From the NCBI GenBank assembly GCA_964016885.1, contig OZ024766.1, positions 682,001 through 746,000 of the forward strand: DNA of 64,000 bases. The letters run 5' to 3'. Positions within the stretch are counted from its first letter, which is position 1. Every line of letters starts with the position of its first letter. This stretch comes from Eledone cirrhosa (Eukaryota). The position numbers and the translations under genes were made by a program. Shown piece after piece: positions 43,817 to 56,123 of the stretch. The notes beneath the pieces were generated by a model. It was given only the letters and a program-made list of their open reading frames with translations. It was not told the origin of the DNA and ran no database searches.

Positions 43817-44307
43817 CCTCTCTCTCTGTCTGTCTCTCTCTCACTCTCTCTCTCACTCCCCCCCCTCTCTCTCTTTTCATCGATTCCCGACTGCTACGTG
43901 CCCCCTCCCCCTCCCCTTCATGTTCCCGTCCGATCCGACTGCTACAAACGCCCCACCCTTCTCTCTCCCTCTCTTTCCTCCCCTTCCTCCTACATTCAAC
44001 GATATCAGCGACCCTTTGTCGTTCGTCCGACCATGCTAGAAATAGCAGCCAAATCTCCCTCATAACACACCCTACTGTCTTATGTATATATGGTAGCTAG
44101 ACCTGCTTGAAATAGCAGCCAAATCTCCCTCATATCTCACGATAATGTGTTAAAACAAGGAAAATGAACAGCATATTGTATATATATATATATATATATA
44201 TACATGCATAAACATATACACACACATGCATACATACATACACATCTACATACAAACATACACGCATACATGCATATATGCATACATATATACATACATA
44301 CATGCAT

Positions 44308-44913
44308 GGTGGTGGCTGCCAACTCGTTTTCGAGTACGGCCACTACTTTATATGCATGTAGGAGAACCCCTACCGATGCGCTGAACGAGTGTGACTTTTT
44401 AGTCCAGCTAGCGACTTGAAAACTCTGGTACAAACACTACACTTGTGACATTTATTGACACATAGTGCTGGGCCCATGGTACCATGTGACGACAAGTGCA
44501 GAGAGATCTCCAGATATAAAGCAATGCCTGTGCCGTGAAGCTTTTATAGTGAGCAAAGGCACTGCACAAAGCCAGTCCCACTCTCTTAACCAAGATGATA
44601 TTTACCAAAAAGAAGAACAAGTCAACATCATTGGATACCATCAGGGTTGCAGGTGTTATATCAGAGTTTTCCTTCTCTTAGAATTCTGCCTTGACAAAGG
44701 CTAAGGGGTCATCTCTCCCAGTGATTTTGGATGGCCATTGACTCTTAAGAGCTCCTTTGCCCTATGTCAGGTCACCACTTGGTGCTACTGGTAACATGTA
44801 TCCCAGTACAACCTGTCTCATGGTCGGGTCGTTGGCGACTAAACTGGCAACCCCACCAAGGTTTCTTGGTGAGGAGGGTGACTTTGGACATCCTGCAGGA
44901 CTAAAAACAAAAC
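44308..44913 (-). mobile_element. Family N copy 3 with an inverted 5' segment
   Basis: 44308-44763 matches copy 2 in the same orientation. 44764-44913 is the reverse complement of the copy-2 5' end, with 7 nt lost at the junction. Confidence 0.8.
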
Positions 44914-45321
44914 ATACATACATACATACATACATACATACAAACATACACGCATATATGCATATATGCATACATACATGCATATATACATACATACATA
45001 CATACATACATACATACATACATGCATATATACATATATACATACATACATGCATATATACATATATACTTATATACATACATACATACATATATACATA
45101 CATGCATACATGCATATATACATATATACATACATGCATGCATACATACATACATACATACACACATATATACATACATACATACATACATACATGCATA
45201 TATACATACATACATACATGCATATATACATATATACATACATACATGCATATATACATATATACTTACATACATGCATATATACTTACAAGCATACATA
45301 CATACATACACACACACATAT

Positions 45322-45352
<31 letters not shown>

Positions 45353-45570
45353 CATACATACATACACACACATATATACATACATACATACATACATATA
45401 TACATACATACATACATACACACACATATACATACATACACACATACATACACATATATACATACATACATACATACATACATACACACACACACATATA
45501 TACATACATACATACACACACATATATACATACATACATACATACACACATACATACATACATACACACA

Positions 45571-45604
<34 letters not shown>

Positions 45605-46179
45605 CATACATACACACACATATATACATACTTACGATAGTAGTGGTAGTTGTAGAGTGAGGTGGGGTGGGGGTGGGGAGATCTAGAAAGAGTGTCTGGC
45701 TGCTATTTCTAGCAAGACTGGACGAACGACCAGGAGTCTAAGTTACCTGGTGGCACACGACATGTCATAGCGTTGTCTCTCTCTCTTGAGCAGTAGTAGT
45801 AGTAGTAGCAGTAGTAGTAGTAGTAGTAGCAATACTAGCAGTAGTAGTAGTAGTAGTAGCAGTAGTAGTAGTAGTAGCAATACTAGCAGTAGTAGTAGTA
45901 GCAGTAGCAGTAGCAGTAGTAGTAGCAGTAGTAGTAGCAGTAGTAGTAGCAGTAGTAGTAGCAGGAGTAGTAGTGCTACTTCAACTACATTACCATCCTG
46001 TAACAACCTCCTCTCTTCCATGCCTCCCCCCTCCACCCCTTCACAAACACCTCTTCTAGTTTTACTTTCACTTCCCGCGTCCTGGTTACCTCCCCTTTCT
46101 TCCATTAGTACTACATTACTATCTCGGGTGACCCCCCCCTCTCTTCTACCATTGCGTCACTCACATATGCTATCCCCTC

Positions 46180-46271
<92 letters not shown>

Positions 46272-46308
46272 ATTAACAAATGGAAACTATATTTATAAAA
46301 CCATATTT

Positions 46309-46371
46309 ATTTCATTATACATATTTCAAGGACACCAAGTTAAATTATGGTGTGCTTTCATCAGATAAAAT
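46309..46371 (-). ncRNA. Type I hammerhead ribozyme motif, family H1 (left arm of an inverted pair)
   Basis: ATTTTAT-CTGATGA-AAGCACACCA(TAATTTAACT)TGGTGTCCTT-GAAA-TATGTA-TA^ATGAAAT. Confidence 0.72.
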
Positions 46372-46477
46372 ATAATATAGAGCAGTTTTATAAATAAATA
46401 TTGACATACTTCCAACAGAAATGGTTGCATTCTTTAAGAGTATGTCAATATTTATTTATAAAACTGATCTATATTAT

Positions 46478-46540
46478 ATTTTATCTGATGAAAGCACACC
46501 ATAATTTAACTTGGTGTCTTTGAAATATGTATAATGAAAT
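46478..46540 (+). ncRNA. Type I hammerhead ribozyme motif, family H1 (right arm of an inverted pair)
   Basis: CTGATGA at 46485-46491 and GAAA at 46522-46525, with the same stems as the left arm. Confidence 0.72.
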
Positions 46541-46656
46541 AAATATAGTTTCCATTTGTTAATATATCGTATTTTTACTCCAAATATTTGTTGAGTGCTT
46601 TATATCAGTTATAAAAATATTTGCTTGTTGTATCCCAACAATTTAAATAGAACTCT

Positions 46657-46721
<65 letters not shown>

Positions 46722-47136
46722 AGGAGGTTATAGTTCACTTGAAGCATTGTGTAATGAGGTATAAACGTTTGAATATGTGTAATAAGGCCAAAACAATGCA
46801 GGTATGGACATAGAAAAAAGAATGCAATAGTAAAAGAATTCGTCTTTCACCTTGAATTTATTTAAATGTCCTTAATTTTCGAGATAATATCTCTTCTTAA
46901 CAGATTCAATGAGTACATCAAAGAATGAGTTTTACAGTAGATTGGAAGCACTCTACAGTAGAAAAAAAAATTTGTCAAGAGTTATTAATATTAAAATTCA
47001 AATATTAATAAAATAGATGTTCTTTTGACTACCTTGATTAAATCTTAACCATCTAACATCTCAGGGTATGTCCTGTATCATTTTATTTTATCTGATGAGG
47101 ACGTACTGTTGACGCAGTATTCTTCTTTCTTCTCGC

Positions 47137-47193
<57 letters not shown>

Positions 47194-47592
47194 AAATAGC
47201 AGCAAGGAAAAGATATGCTGATGCCGTGATAAACAGGGGAGGTAACTCTTTGTAAGGGAAGTAACTCCAGTTGTCACCGGGATATATTCAATAAAGATAA
47301 ATAAAGCAGAATGAGGCCAAGACCTCCGTCGATTTCAACGAGGAATGTTCCACTTGTTCGAACAATGGACCAGCCTGCTTGTGAAATTAAAACGCAAGTG
47401 GCTGAGCATTCCACAGATGTGTACTTTTAACCGAATTCTCAGAGAGATTCAGCATGACATAGGGAAGTGAATGTTTGGTCGTTTGAATTACAGATATCTC
47501 TCTCTCTCTCTCCCTCTCTCTCTCTATCTATCTCCCTCTCTCTCTCTCTCTCTCTCTCACTCCCTCTCTCCCTCTCTCTCTCTTTCTTTCTG

Positions 47593-47626
<34 letters not shown>

Positions 47627-47677
47627 TATATACAATATATTAATAAATGGAAACTATATTTATAAAACCATAATTTT

Positions 47678-47741
47678 ATTTTATTATATATATTTCAAGG
47701 GCAACCAAGGCAAATTATGGTGCGCTTTCATCAGATAAAAT
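47678..47741 (-). ncRNA. Type I hammerhead ribozyme motif, family H1
   Basis: ATTTTAT-CTGATGA-AAGCGCACCA..TGGTTGCCCTT-GAAA-TATATA-TA^ATAAAAT. Confidence 0.7.
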
Positions 47742-47810
47742 ACAGATTTGTTTTATAAATAAATATTGACATACCCAGAAAAAAGACAACCTCAACAGTT
47801 GAAATTCGCA

Positions 47811-47841
<31 letters not shown>

Positions 47842-48253
47842 TAAAGTTAGTCCTTCATCAGTGATCTTCCAACCATCATTGGTATTTCATCGCTTTAAAG
47901 ACCATATACCTCCGGTTGGTGCGAGCAACGGCTAAAGAAGGTCGTTGGGACACGTAAATAAGGGGAACGAGCGAGAGTGTAAACAAACAAAGATGGTAAA
48001 GCAACGAAAAGTGAGTATATATATATATATATATATAAATATATATAAATAAATATACATATATATATATTTATTAAAATAACAGATTAAAGTTTAAGCA
48101 AAGAAGATCCCTTTAAGGGTGAAAGCAACGATTCTTTGCTTAAACTTTAATCTGTTATTTTAATAAATATTTGCTCTACAGTTCTTATATATTTGATATA
48201 TATTTATCCTTATCGAACCCTCTTTGGATTTTAGTCTTCAAATTTATTATTAT

Positions 48254-48292
<39 letters not shown>

Positions 48293-48459
48293 CATATATA
48301 TATATAAAGAAAAAAGATGAAATTGAAAATGCAAATGGAGTCTTATTTTAAAAAGAATATATATATTTATTTGGTTCCTTTACCCGTTTCGCAGTTCTTC
48401 TGCTTTTCAAAAGTAGAGTTAAGTTGGAGAGTCTGTGGTTTTTCTCACACCTGTGTATT

Positions 48460-48857
48460 CTATTCTATTCTAAGGCGGGTAAAATTCCCGAGATCCATGG
48501 ACGAGTTCTCTCCAGGGTCTCTGTCCCTCATTATCGCTGCCATGTCCCGCCGCGTCTCCAACAGACCAGTGTCTGTCTTTAGGGCATCAACATACGTTAA
48601 CCTTGGTCTTCCTCTTCTAGTGTGTCCATGTAGGGGCTCCCACAGGAGCACTGAGTGCAATGTCAACTCTGGATGTCGGTGAGCATGTCCAGCTAACCTA
48701 GTGTGTCCATGTAGGGGCTCCCACAGGAGCACTGAGTGCAATGTCAACTCTGGATGTCGGTGAGCATGTCCAGCCAACCCCAGTCTCCTCTGTGTCACTT
48801 TTGAGCTGACTTTTGGGATGCTCCCATACAGCTCTGAGTTTTTCATCCTCAGTGTAT
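48460..48857 (-). mobile_element. LINE family C 3' fragment (two copies of the 81-bp unit)
   Basis: ELYGSIPKVSSKVTQRRLGLAGHAHRHPE..RRGRPRLTYVDALKTDTG. A shorter copy lies at 56818-57003 (-). Confidence 0.85.
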
Positions 48858-49095
48858 AAATATAAATTCAGCGAGAATCGCATTTCGGCCGGTAGAAAAA
48901 GCGAAACGAAACGCAAAATCAGAGTTATGCTGGCAAGCACTCTATAGTTAAAAAACCAGAGCTAAACATATGTTAAAACGCCATTCAAACTTTAAAGGTA
49001 GTCAAGAAGGCATTAACCACCTCAGCCAAAAAAACAAGTCAAGCTAAAAAAGGGCAGACAAAATAAATGATAAAATCATATATATATATATATAT

Positions 49096-49645
49096 CATCA
49101 TCATCATCATCAACGTTTAACGTCCGTGTTCCACGCTTGCATGGGTTTGGACGGGGGTAGTCCCACTTGAGGCAAGAGTGATTGTCTTGCTCGCATAGGA
49201 CTGTCTGGCAGGTTTTCTACAGTTGGATGCCCTTCCTAACACCAACCACATTTACAGTGTGGGGCTGGGAGGTTTTTACCGTGTTGCCTACACGGCCACA
49301 TTACAGCGTGGACTGTCTGGCGGGTTTTCTACAGCTGGATGCCCTTCCTAACACCAACCACATTTACAGTGTGGGGCTGGGAGGTTTTTACCGTGTTGCC
49401 TACACGGCCACATTACAGCGTGGACTGTGTGTTTTTTTGTCGTGACACCTACACGATCTCATTTGTTTCGGCCTGGATGGCGCGGCACCAACATAACTTT
49501 TACATAGAACGGGGTGGTGTGGATGGGGTGGGGGTGGTGGCGGGACGGGGTGTATTTTGTTAGAGATGCCTACTGGCAAGGCGGGTCTTCTCTGTTACTG
49601 AGTACCGCCAAAGGTCTCGGTCCAGTGACATTGTCTTGGAGAGGT
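49096..49645 (-). mobile_element. LINE family A-related 3' end (112-bp unit x2)
   Basis: HLSKTMSLDRDLWRYSVTEKTRL, with a UTR homologous to 4270-4855. Confidence 0.8.
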
Positions 49646-49905
49646 GTATATATACATATACACACATATATAACCAACCTGGACCCATTAGAATTGGTGG
49701 TAAAATCCAAATACAGGGTTTCCATGTGAATGACGTAGAGCTTTGTAAAAGCACATGTGTAACTCACAAGGGGAAAAACCCCAGATTTTGGCAAATGAAT
49801 TCAGTATGTGTAAATCAGGCAAAAAATTAAATAATATATATATATATATATATATATTAAGAGAGTAAAACAAAGAATCCTTTAATACATCAAAAGTTTT
49901 TATCA

Positions 49906-49943
49906 GCCGACAATGTTTCGTCCTATTAAGGACTCATCAGGGC
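49906..49943 (-). ncRNA. Minimal type I hammerhead ribozyme motif, family H2
   Basis: GCC-CTGATGA-GTCCT(TAAT)AGGAC-GAAAC(ATT)GTC^GGC. Canonical core, perfect stem II and a GUC site. Confidence 0.8.
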
Positions 49944-50472
49944 AATCAAAACAACAAGAAGTAATATCGGCAGATACAAGCCGGAATCTCCGAAGAATAT
50001 GGAGTGTACATACACTAAAGTCTTGCAAAAATATATGATAATAAAAATAAAAATAAAAATAAAAATAAAAATAATAAAAATACATAATAAGTGTAACTAA
50101 GGATGTATATAACATTAAGAACCATATTACAAATATAGTCCAAAGCAACTAACCTAAATCTAAACAAATTTGGTTATATGGAGCAGGAATTATATATAAC
50201 ACAATGTAATATAATATAATACATTATAATAATATACCTTTACCAACATTAAAATTACAATTAAAAATCAAAAGGTACAATATATACATATATATATCTG
50301 CGCGCACACACACACACACACACATATATAACAATACGCACGTCTATGTTCAACTACACAAATTTAGCCTTATTATAAGTTTGAATATAAAAATAAGCAT
50401 GATAAGAGTGAAAATAATACCAATACATCTACCGATATTACTCTGCCGATATTACTTCTTGTTGTTTTGATT

Positions 50473-50510
50473 GCCCTGATGAGTCCTTAATAAGACGAAA
50501 CATTGTCGGC
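50473..50510 (+). ncRNA. Minimal type I hammerhead ribozyme motif, family H2 (inverted partner)
   Basis: GCC-CTGATGA-GTCCTTAATAAGAC-GAAACATTGTC^GGC. Confidence 0.75.
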
Positions 50511-50730
50511 TGATAAAAACTTTTGATGTATTAAAGGATTCTTTGTTTTACTCTCTTAATTTTTCAGCTCTGTTTAACTGCATTGAGCTATACCTTTTAC
50601 TGTCATTTCTATAATACGAAGAGGGTGTTTAACTCCAACACGCTCCAGTATTCTAATTCTTATATATATATATAGATATATATATGAAAAAGAACACGAG
50701 AGCGTCTACAACATCAAAAGAGTTTTATTG

Positions 50731-50777
50731 GCTAACAATGTTTCTTCCTTACATGTAACCGTAGGATTCATCAGAGC
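50731..50777 (-). ncRNA. Type I hammerhead ribozyme motif, H2-related
   Basis: GCT-CTGATGA-ATCCTAC(GGTTACAT)GTAAGGAA-GAAACATTGTT^AGC. Stem I changes compensatorily from GCC/GGC to GCT/AGC, and the base of stem II is mismatched. Confidence 0.6.
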
Positions 50778-50992
50778 TATAAAAGGGGTTTGATTGGTGT
50801 TATGGACTCTACCAACCAAACACCCAAGAACAAAGGGTAGAGAGAGTAAAGAGCAAAAGTAGGGGACGATAAGTCTAATTTTGGTGCGGGAGGGTGGGGT
50901 GTTGGTCCTTGTTTACTAGCTGCGGTCATATTCATTCCCAGGGGTCGGGTGGTTAGCTGAACCAAAATTGCAGCATGCAGACCTAGCCACAC

Positions 50993-51040
<48 letters not shown>

Positions 51041-51206
51041 GTGTGGCTAGGTCTGCATGCCGCAATTTTCAATTTGTCAAGATGTCTAAACGTAAGTTAT
51101 TACTCTAAGGCCCGACCTTATTGAGTGCTTTGCTGTTCATTCCTTATTGTTGGTTGTTAGCTTGGCCACAGTCAAAGCTTCGATTTTACTAAGCTTCCAC
51201 TTGTAT

Positions 51207-51445
51207 ATATAGACAATATGCCCCCACACCCTCCCACTGCAAAGTGGTCGTGTAGGTGCCACGGCAAAGAAAGCGCCCAGCACTCACTGTAAAGTGGTTG
51301 TGGAGGCACCACAGCAAAGAAAGCACCCAGCACTCACTGTAAATGAGGTTGGTGTTAGGAAGGGCATCCAGCTGTAGAAATCAAGCCAGAATCAGTTCCC
51401 GTCCCACCCTTGCAAGCAGGGAAAAGCAGACATAAAATGATGATA
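51207..51445 (+). mobile_element. Headless LINE-A-UTR/LINE-B-end chimaeric 3' fragment
   Basis: Starts as at 1036 (ATATAGACAATATGCCCCCACACC) and ends CCCACCCTTGCAAGCAGGGAAAAGCAGAC. Confidence 0.7.
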
Positions 51446-51627
51446 TATATATATATATATATATGAAAAATATGGGTGAGAAGAATACTGCTGGTTGCAC
51501 ATGGATAACATGTTATAAAATTAGTCCCTCATCAGTGATTTACCAAACGATCATGGGTATTTCATATATATATATATATATAGTGACGAAACATAAGTCA
51601 ATTACATGAACTCATAATCCTTTATTT

Positions 51628-51683
51628 ACTGCTATATATATTTCGATGATAGCCATTGAATGGCTATGACCTCATCAGGCAGT
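51628..51683 (-). ncRNA. Type I hammerhead ribozyme motif, family H3
   Basis: ACTGC-CTGATGA-GGTCATAGCCAT(TCA)ATGGCTATCATC-GAAA-TATATA-TA^GCAGT. It has a 5-bp stem I, a long stem II and a palindromic stem III. Confidence 0.82.
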
Positions 51684-52385
51684 TAGTCAGTTCTTAGATA
51701 TGCCAGCTCTGTGTTTATAGTGTTGATGGTATCAGAGTCTTGGGACATATGAGCTTGTTAGGAATAAATTAATGTTGTCAGCAAGAATAGTCATAATTCT
51801 CATCGGTCAATTTGTAGATGCTAGTAGGGTTGGTCTTTGACCTCAGTGAGGCAGGTGGTGTTGTAAAGTTCAAACCGTCAGGCAAGATGACAATAGTTCC
51901 ATATGACTGATTTTCACAAAAAGCATTCCTGGTCAGATATATATTCAATTAAGGTTAATAGTATGAAATAGATACTACAGGTCATTCTTAAATTGAGGAA
52001 TTTATGTGGAGTGGTGGTACTGAAAATTATGGTTAGAGTAGAAAATTTACAAATAAAAAGACTTATGTAGGTTGGTTTGCACTACACTCACACCCACCTC
52101 CACAGACACACACACACATCCACACATACACATTGAGGAACTAATGTGGGGTGGTAATACTTAAAATAATGGTTAGAGTCAAATACTTAGATAGTTTAGA
52201 AAATTTAGAAATAAAAAGACTTATGATGGTTGACTTGTACATACACTCACACCTACCCCCTCAGACACACACATCTACACAGGTGTGTATATATATATAT
52301 ATATATATGTATGTATGCACAAGTGCATATATATACACAACAGAGGCCCCCAAATTCAAGTATAAGATAGACATAAATGATGAAC

Positions 52386-52425
<40 letters not shown>

Positions 52426-52842
52426 TCACAAACATACACATTAAAACAGATATATATATATATATATACATGCATGTATACATATATATATCATTGCTTT
52501 ATACTTCATTATTATATATATATATATATATATACATATATATCATCATCATCATCATCACCGTTTTACGTCCATTCTTCCATGCTAGCATGGGTTACAT
52601 ATATATATATATATATATATATACCTATATATATATATATAGGAACGAGTAGGACCCCGACGGCTGAGCTCAAGCCGTTTCGACGGCTAATTCTGGACTA
52701 AATTTAGTCCAGAATTAGCTGTCGAAACGGCTTGAGCTCAGCCGTCGGGGTCCTACTCGTTCCTATTACCCACTCTACTACCCTAAGTATTGAGTACTTT
52801 GGTGCATTATGGTCCATCTGGTTCCTTACCACATTTCCTTCG

Positions 52843-52910
<68 letters not shown>

Positions 52911-53036
52911 ATATGTATATACAGATATATATATATAGATATATATATATGTATATGTATATACAGATATATATATATATGTATATGTATATACAGATAT
53001 ATATATATATGTATATATATATACAGTTATTTATAC

Positions 53037-53159
<123 letters not shown>

Positions 53160-53196
53160 CGAAACAATTCAATTGCATAAAAACATAAGCCAAGTG

Positions 53197-53228
<32 letters not shown>

Positions 53229-53408
53229 GATATTTGATGCGTGTATATATATATGTGTATGTGTGTATATGTGTGTCTTTTAGTAACCAACACCCATCTG
53301 TAAACTAAGTAAAATTTGGTACCACAGACCCAAATACTCATAACTGACATTCCTTCTCTAAGAAAACATATGTATGACTGTATATCTGTGTATATATATA
53401 TATATGTG

Positions 53409-53461
<53 letters not shown>

Positions 53462-53463
53462 GA

Positions 53464-53504
<41 letters not shown>

Positions 53505-53843
53505 GGAGGCACATGGCTTAGTTAGAGCATTGACCTTGCAATCGAAAGGTTGTGAGTTCAATTCTCAGACCGGGTGATGTGTTGTTTCCTTGAGCAAGAC
53601 ACTTTATTTCACATTGCTCCAGTTTACTCAGCTGTAGAAATGAGATGATAGGGACTGGGGTCCCTATCATTCCACTGCAAAGTGGTCGTGGAGGTGCCAC
53701 GGCAAAAAAGCACCCAGCACTCACTGTAAATGAGGTTGGTGTTAGGAAGGGCATCCAGCTGTAGAGATCAAGCCAGGATCAGTTCCCGTCCCACCCTTGC
53801 AAGCAGGGAAAAGTGGACGTATGATGATGATGATGATGATGAT
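53505..53843 (+). mobile_element. SINE S1 copy
   Basis: Near-identical to 6142-6480. Confidence 0.85.
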
Positions 53844-53975
53844 TCATATATGTATGTCTGTGTGTGTCAGCTCACATGATATATATATATATATATATGT
53901 GTGTGTGTATATATCTATCTATACATATATGTGTGTATAAATATATATGTATGTATATGTATATGTGTATGTGTG

Positions 53976-54047
<72 letters not shown>

Positions 54048-54211
54048 TGTGTTTATAGTATATTTGGCAATATACTGTATGTTTAATTAAAAACATTTTG
54101 AAGACCTTGCACTATCATTTTTGAAGCAGTGACTATGTCACTTACTTCTTTTTTGGCAAAAGAAGGGAGAGAGGCTGACAGATTCTCTGCCGTCGGGGTC
54201 CTGACCCTTTT

Positions 54212-54252
<41 letters not shown>

Positions 54253-54339
54253 ATAATAATAAAATTGAAGACTAAAATCCAAAGAGGGCTCGATAAGGAA
54301 AATATATATCAAATATATATATATGTCTATATATATATA

Positions 54340-54413
<74 letters not shown>

Positions 54414-54414
54414 T

Positions 54415-54649
54415 ATAACAACCTGTTTAACAAGTATACATCAAGATCCCCGACGGCAGAGCGCAAGCCGCTCACGGCTTGAGCTCTGTCGTCGGGGTCC
54501 TGACCCTTTTCCTATATATATATATATATAGAGAGAGAGAGACATATATATAACATAACCTGTTTAACAAGTATACAGCAAGATCCCCGACGGCAGAGCT
54601 AAACCCGTGAGCGGCTTGAGCTCTGCCGTCGGGGTCCTGACCCTTTTCC

Positions 54650-54683
<34 letters not shown>

Positions 54684-54788
54684 CATATATATAACATAAC
54701 CTGTTTAACAAGTATACAGCAAGATCCCCGACGGCAGAGCTAAACCCGTGAGCGGCTTGAGCTCTGCCGTCGGGGTCCTGACCCTTTT

Positions 54789-54852
<64 letters not shown>

Positions 54853-54890
54853 TATATAACATAACTTGTTTAACAAGTATACAGCAAAAA
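54415..54890. repeat. Three tandem hairpin units of family X separated by (TA)n/(GA)n
   Basis: ACCTGTTTAACAAGTATAC..GATCCCCGACGGCAGAGC..GCTCTGCCGTCGGGGTC occurs three times, plus a partial fourth leader. Confidence 0.85.
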
Positions 54891-54971
54891 TATACGACTT
54901 CCGGCAAGGGAAGCTACCAATATTAGTGTTTTCATACAAAGGACATAAATTTAAAAAAAAAAGGGTCATAG

Positions 54972-55049
54972 TGCCAGGCAGTGGGATCGATCCCAGGTCC
55001 CTAGATTCCGAAACAAACTTCCGAACTAACCGTCTGTGTCATTTATGGC
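54972..55049 (-). pseudogene. Degenerate tRNA-like sequence (tRNA pseudogene or SINE head)
   Basis: GCCA...TGGCA ends, D-loop-like AGACGGTTAG, T-arm-like TGGGATCGATCCCA and a T10 tract 9 nt downstream. Stems are poorly paired. Confidence 0.4.
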
Positions 55050-56028
55050 GGTGACAAACTGGAGTGACACTTACCCCCTAACTATACATAGGTTTTGCTC
55101 TCTCGTCTCTCACCCTCTCTCGCTATTTACTTCTCCCACCGCAACTCCTACTACTGTTCACCACTGTGTGGTCGTATAGCATTCCATATCACACTCTCTC
55201 ATATCATCTTTCAATTTTCATTTCCCCTCTCTGTATACATCACCTTGCTTCTCACTCCTCATTCTCCCACAGTATCTTTACCTCTTACTGCATCCCCCCA
55301 CACCTTTCTTTATCAACTTTCTTCCCTCCCACCCTCCTTCTCTCTCTCTCTTTCTATCTCCCGCATTGTTACAGTGTTTGTCATACACCCCTCTCTGTCA
55401 GTCTTTACATCTCACACCACTCCTCACACAGTAGCACCCTCCTCACTATAGATAAGCCGCTATAGGATGACGCTTCCCTCTCCCTACATCAACATACTCA
55501 CTCTCTCTTTTATACCAATACATTCCTATCCCTCTCTCTTCTCCATTAATCAACGCTCCTCATATTACCACTCACACAGTAGCGCCTCTCTTTATGCCTT
55601 TCTTACTCTCATGCCCCCTTCTCCTTTAACATATCTTACACTACACCTCATACAGTACTGCATCCCTCTCTCTTAATACATTACTCTCATTCGCTACTCA
55701 GTATATCAATCCACCTCATCCTTTCGCTCATAATTATGCCACTCTCTCTCTATTTCGGTTTATTTTCATTTCTCTTTCTCTCTCGTTCTCTATATCTCAC
55801 ACCGCTACTCACACAGAACTGCTACTCTCTCTTTCTCTCTTTCAGACAATACATATTACTCTCTATGGCTATGTCACGCCACTCTCTCTCTCTATACAAC
55901 ATTACCTCTCATTCACCACCCCCTCTCAGTCTACATACCTCACACCTACACTCACGTCATTCTATTTTTCACACTATACTGTCACTCCAGACATATCTAT
56001 CTATTTACCTATCTAGATAAGTCCATAC

Positions 56029-56089
<61 letters not shown>

Positions 56090-56091
56090 CC

Positions 56092-56123
<32 letters not shown>

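Noticed and set aside
45743-46298. ORFs around the (AGT/AGC)n tract
   Set aside because: Dominated by poly-L or poly-S with no recognisable domain.
47092-47200. CTGATGAGG ... (TA)n ... CCGAAATAG
   Set aside because: No NUH or stem I after GAAA. At best a decayed motif.
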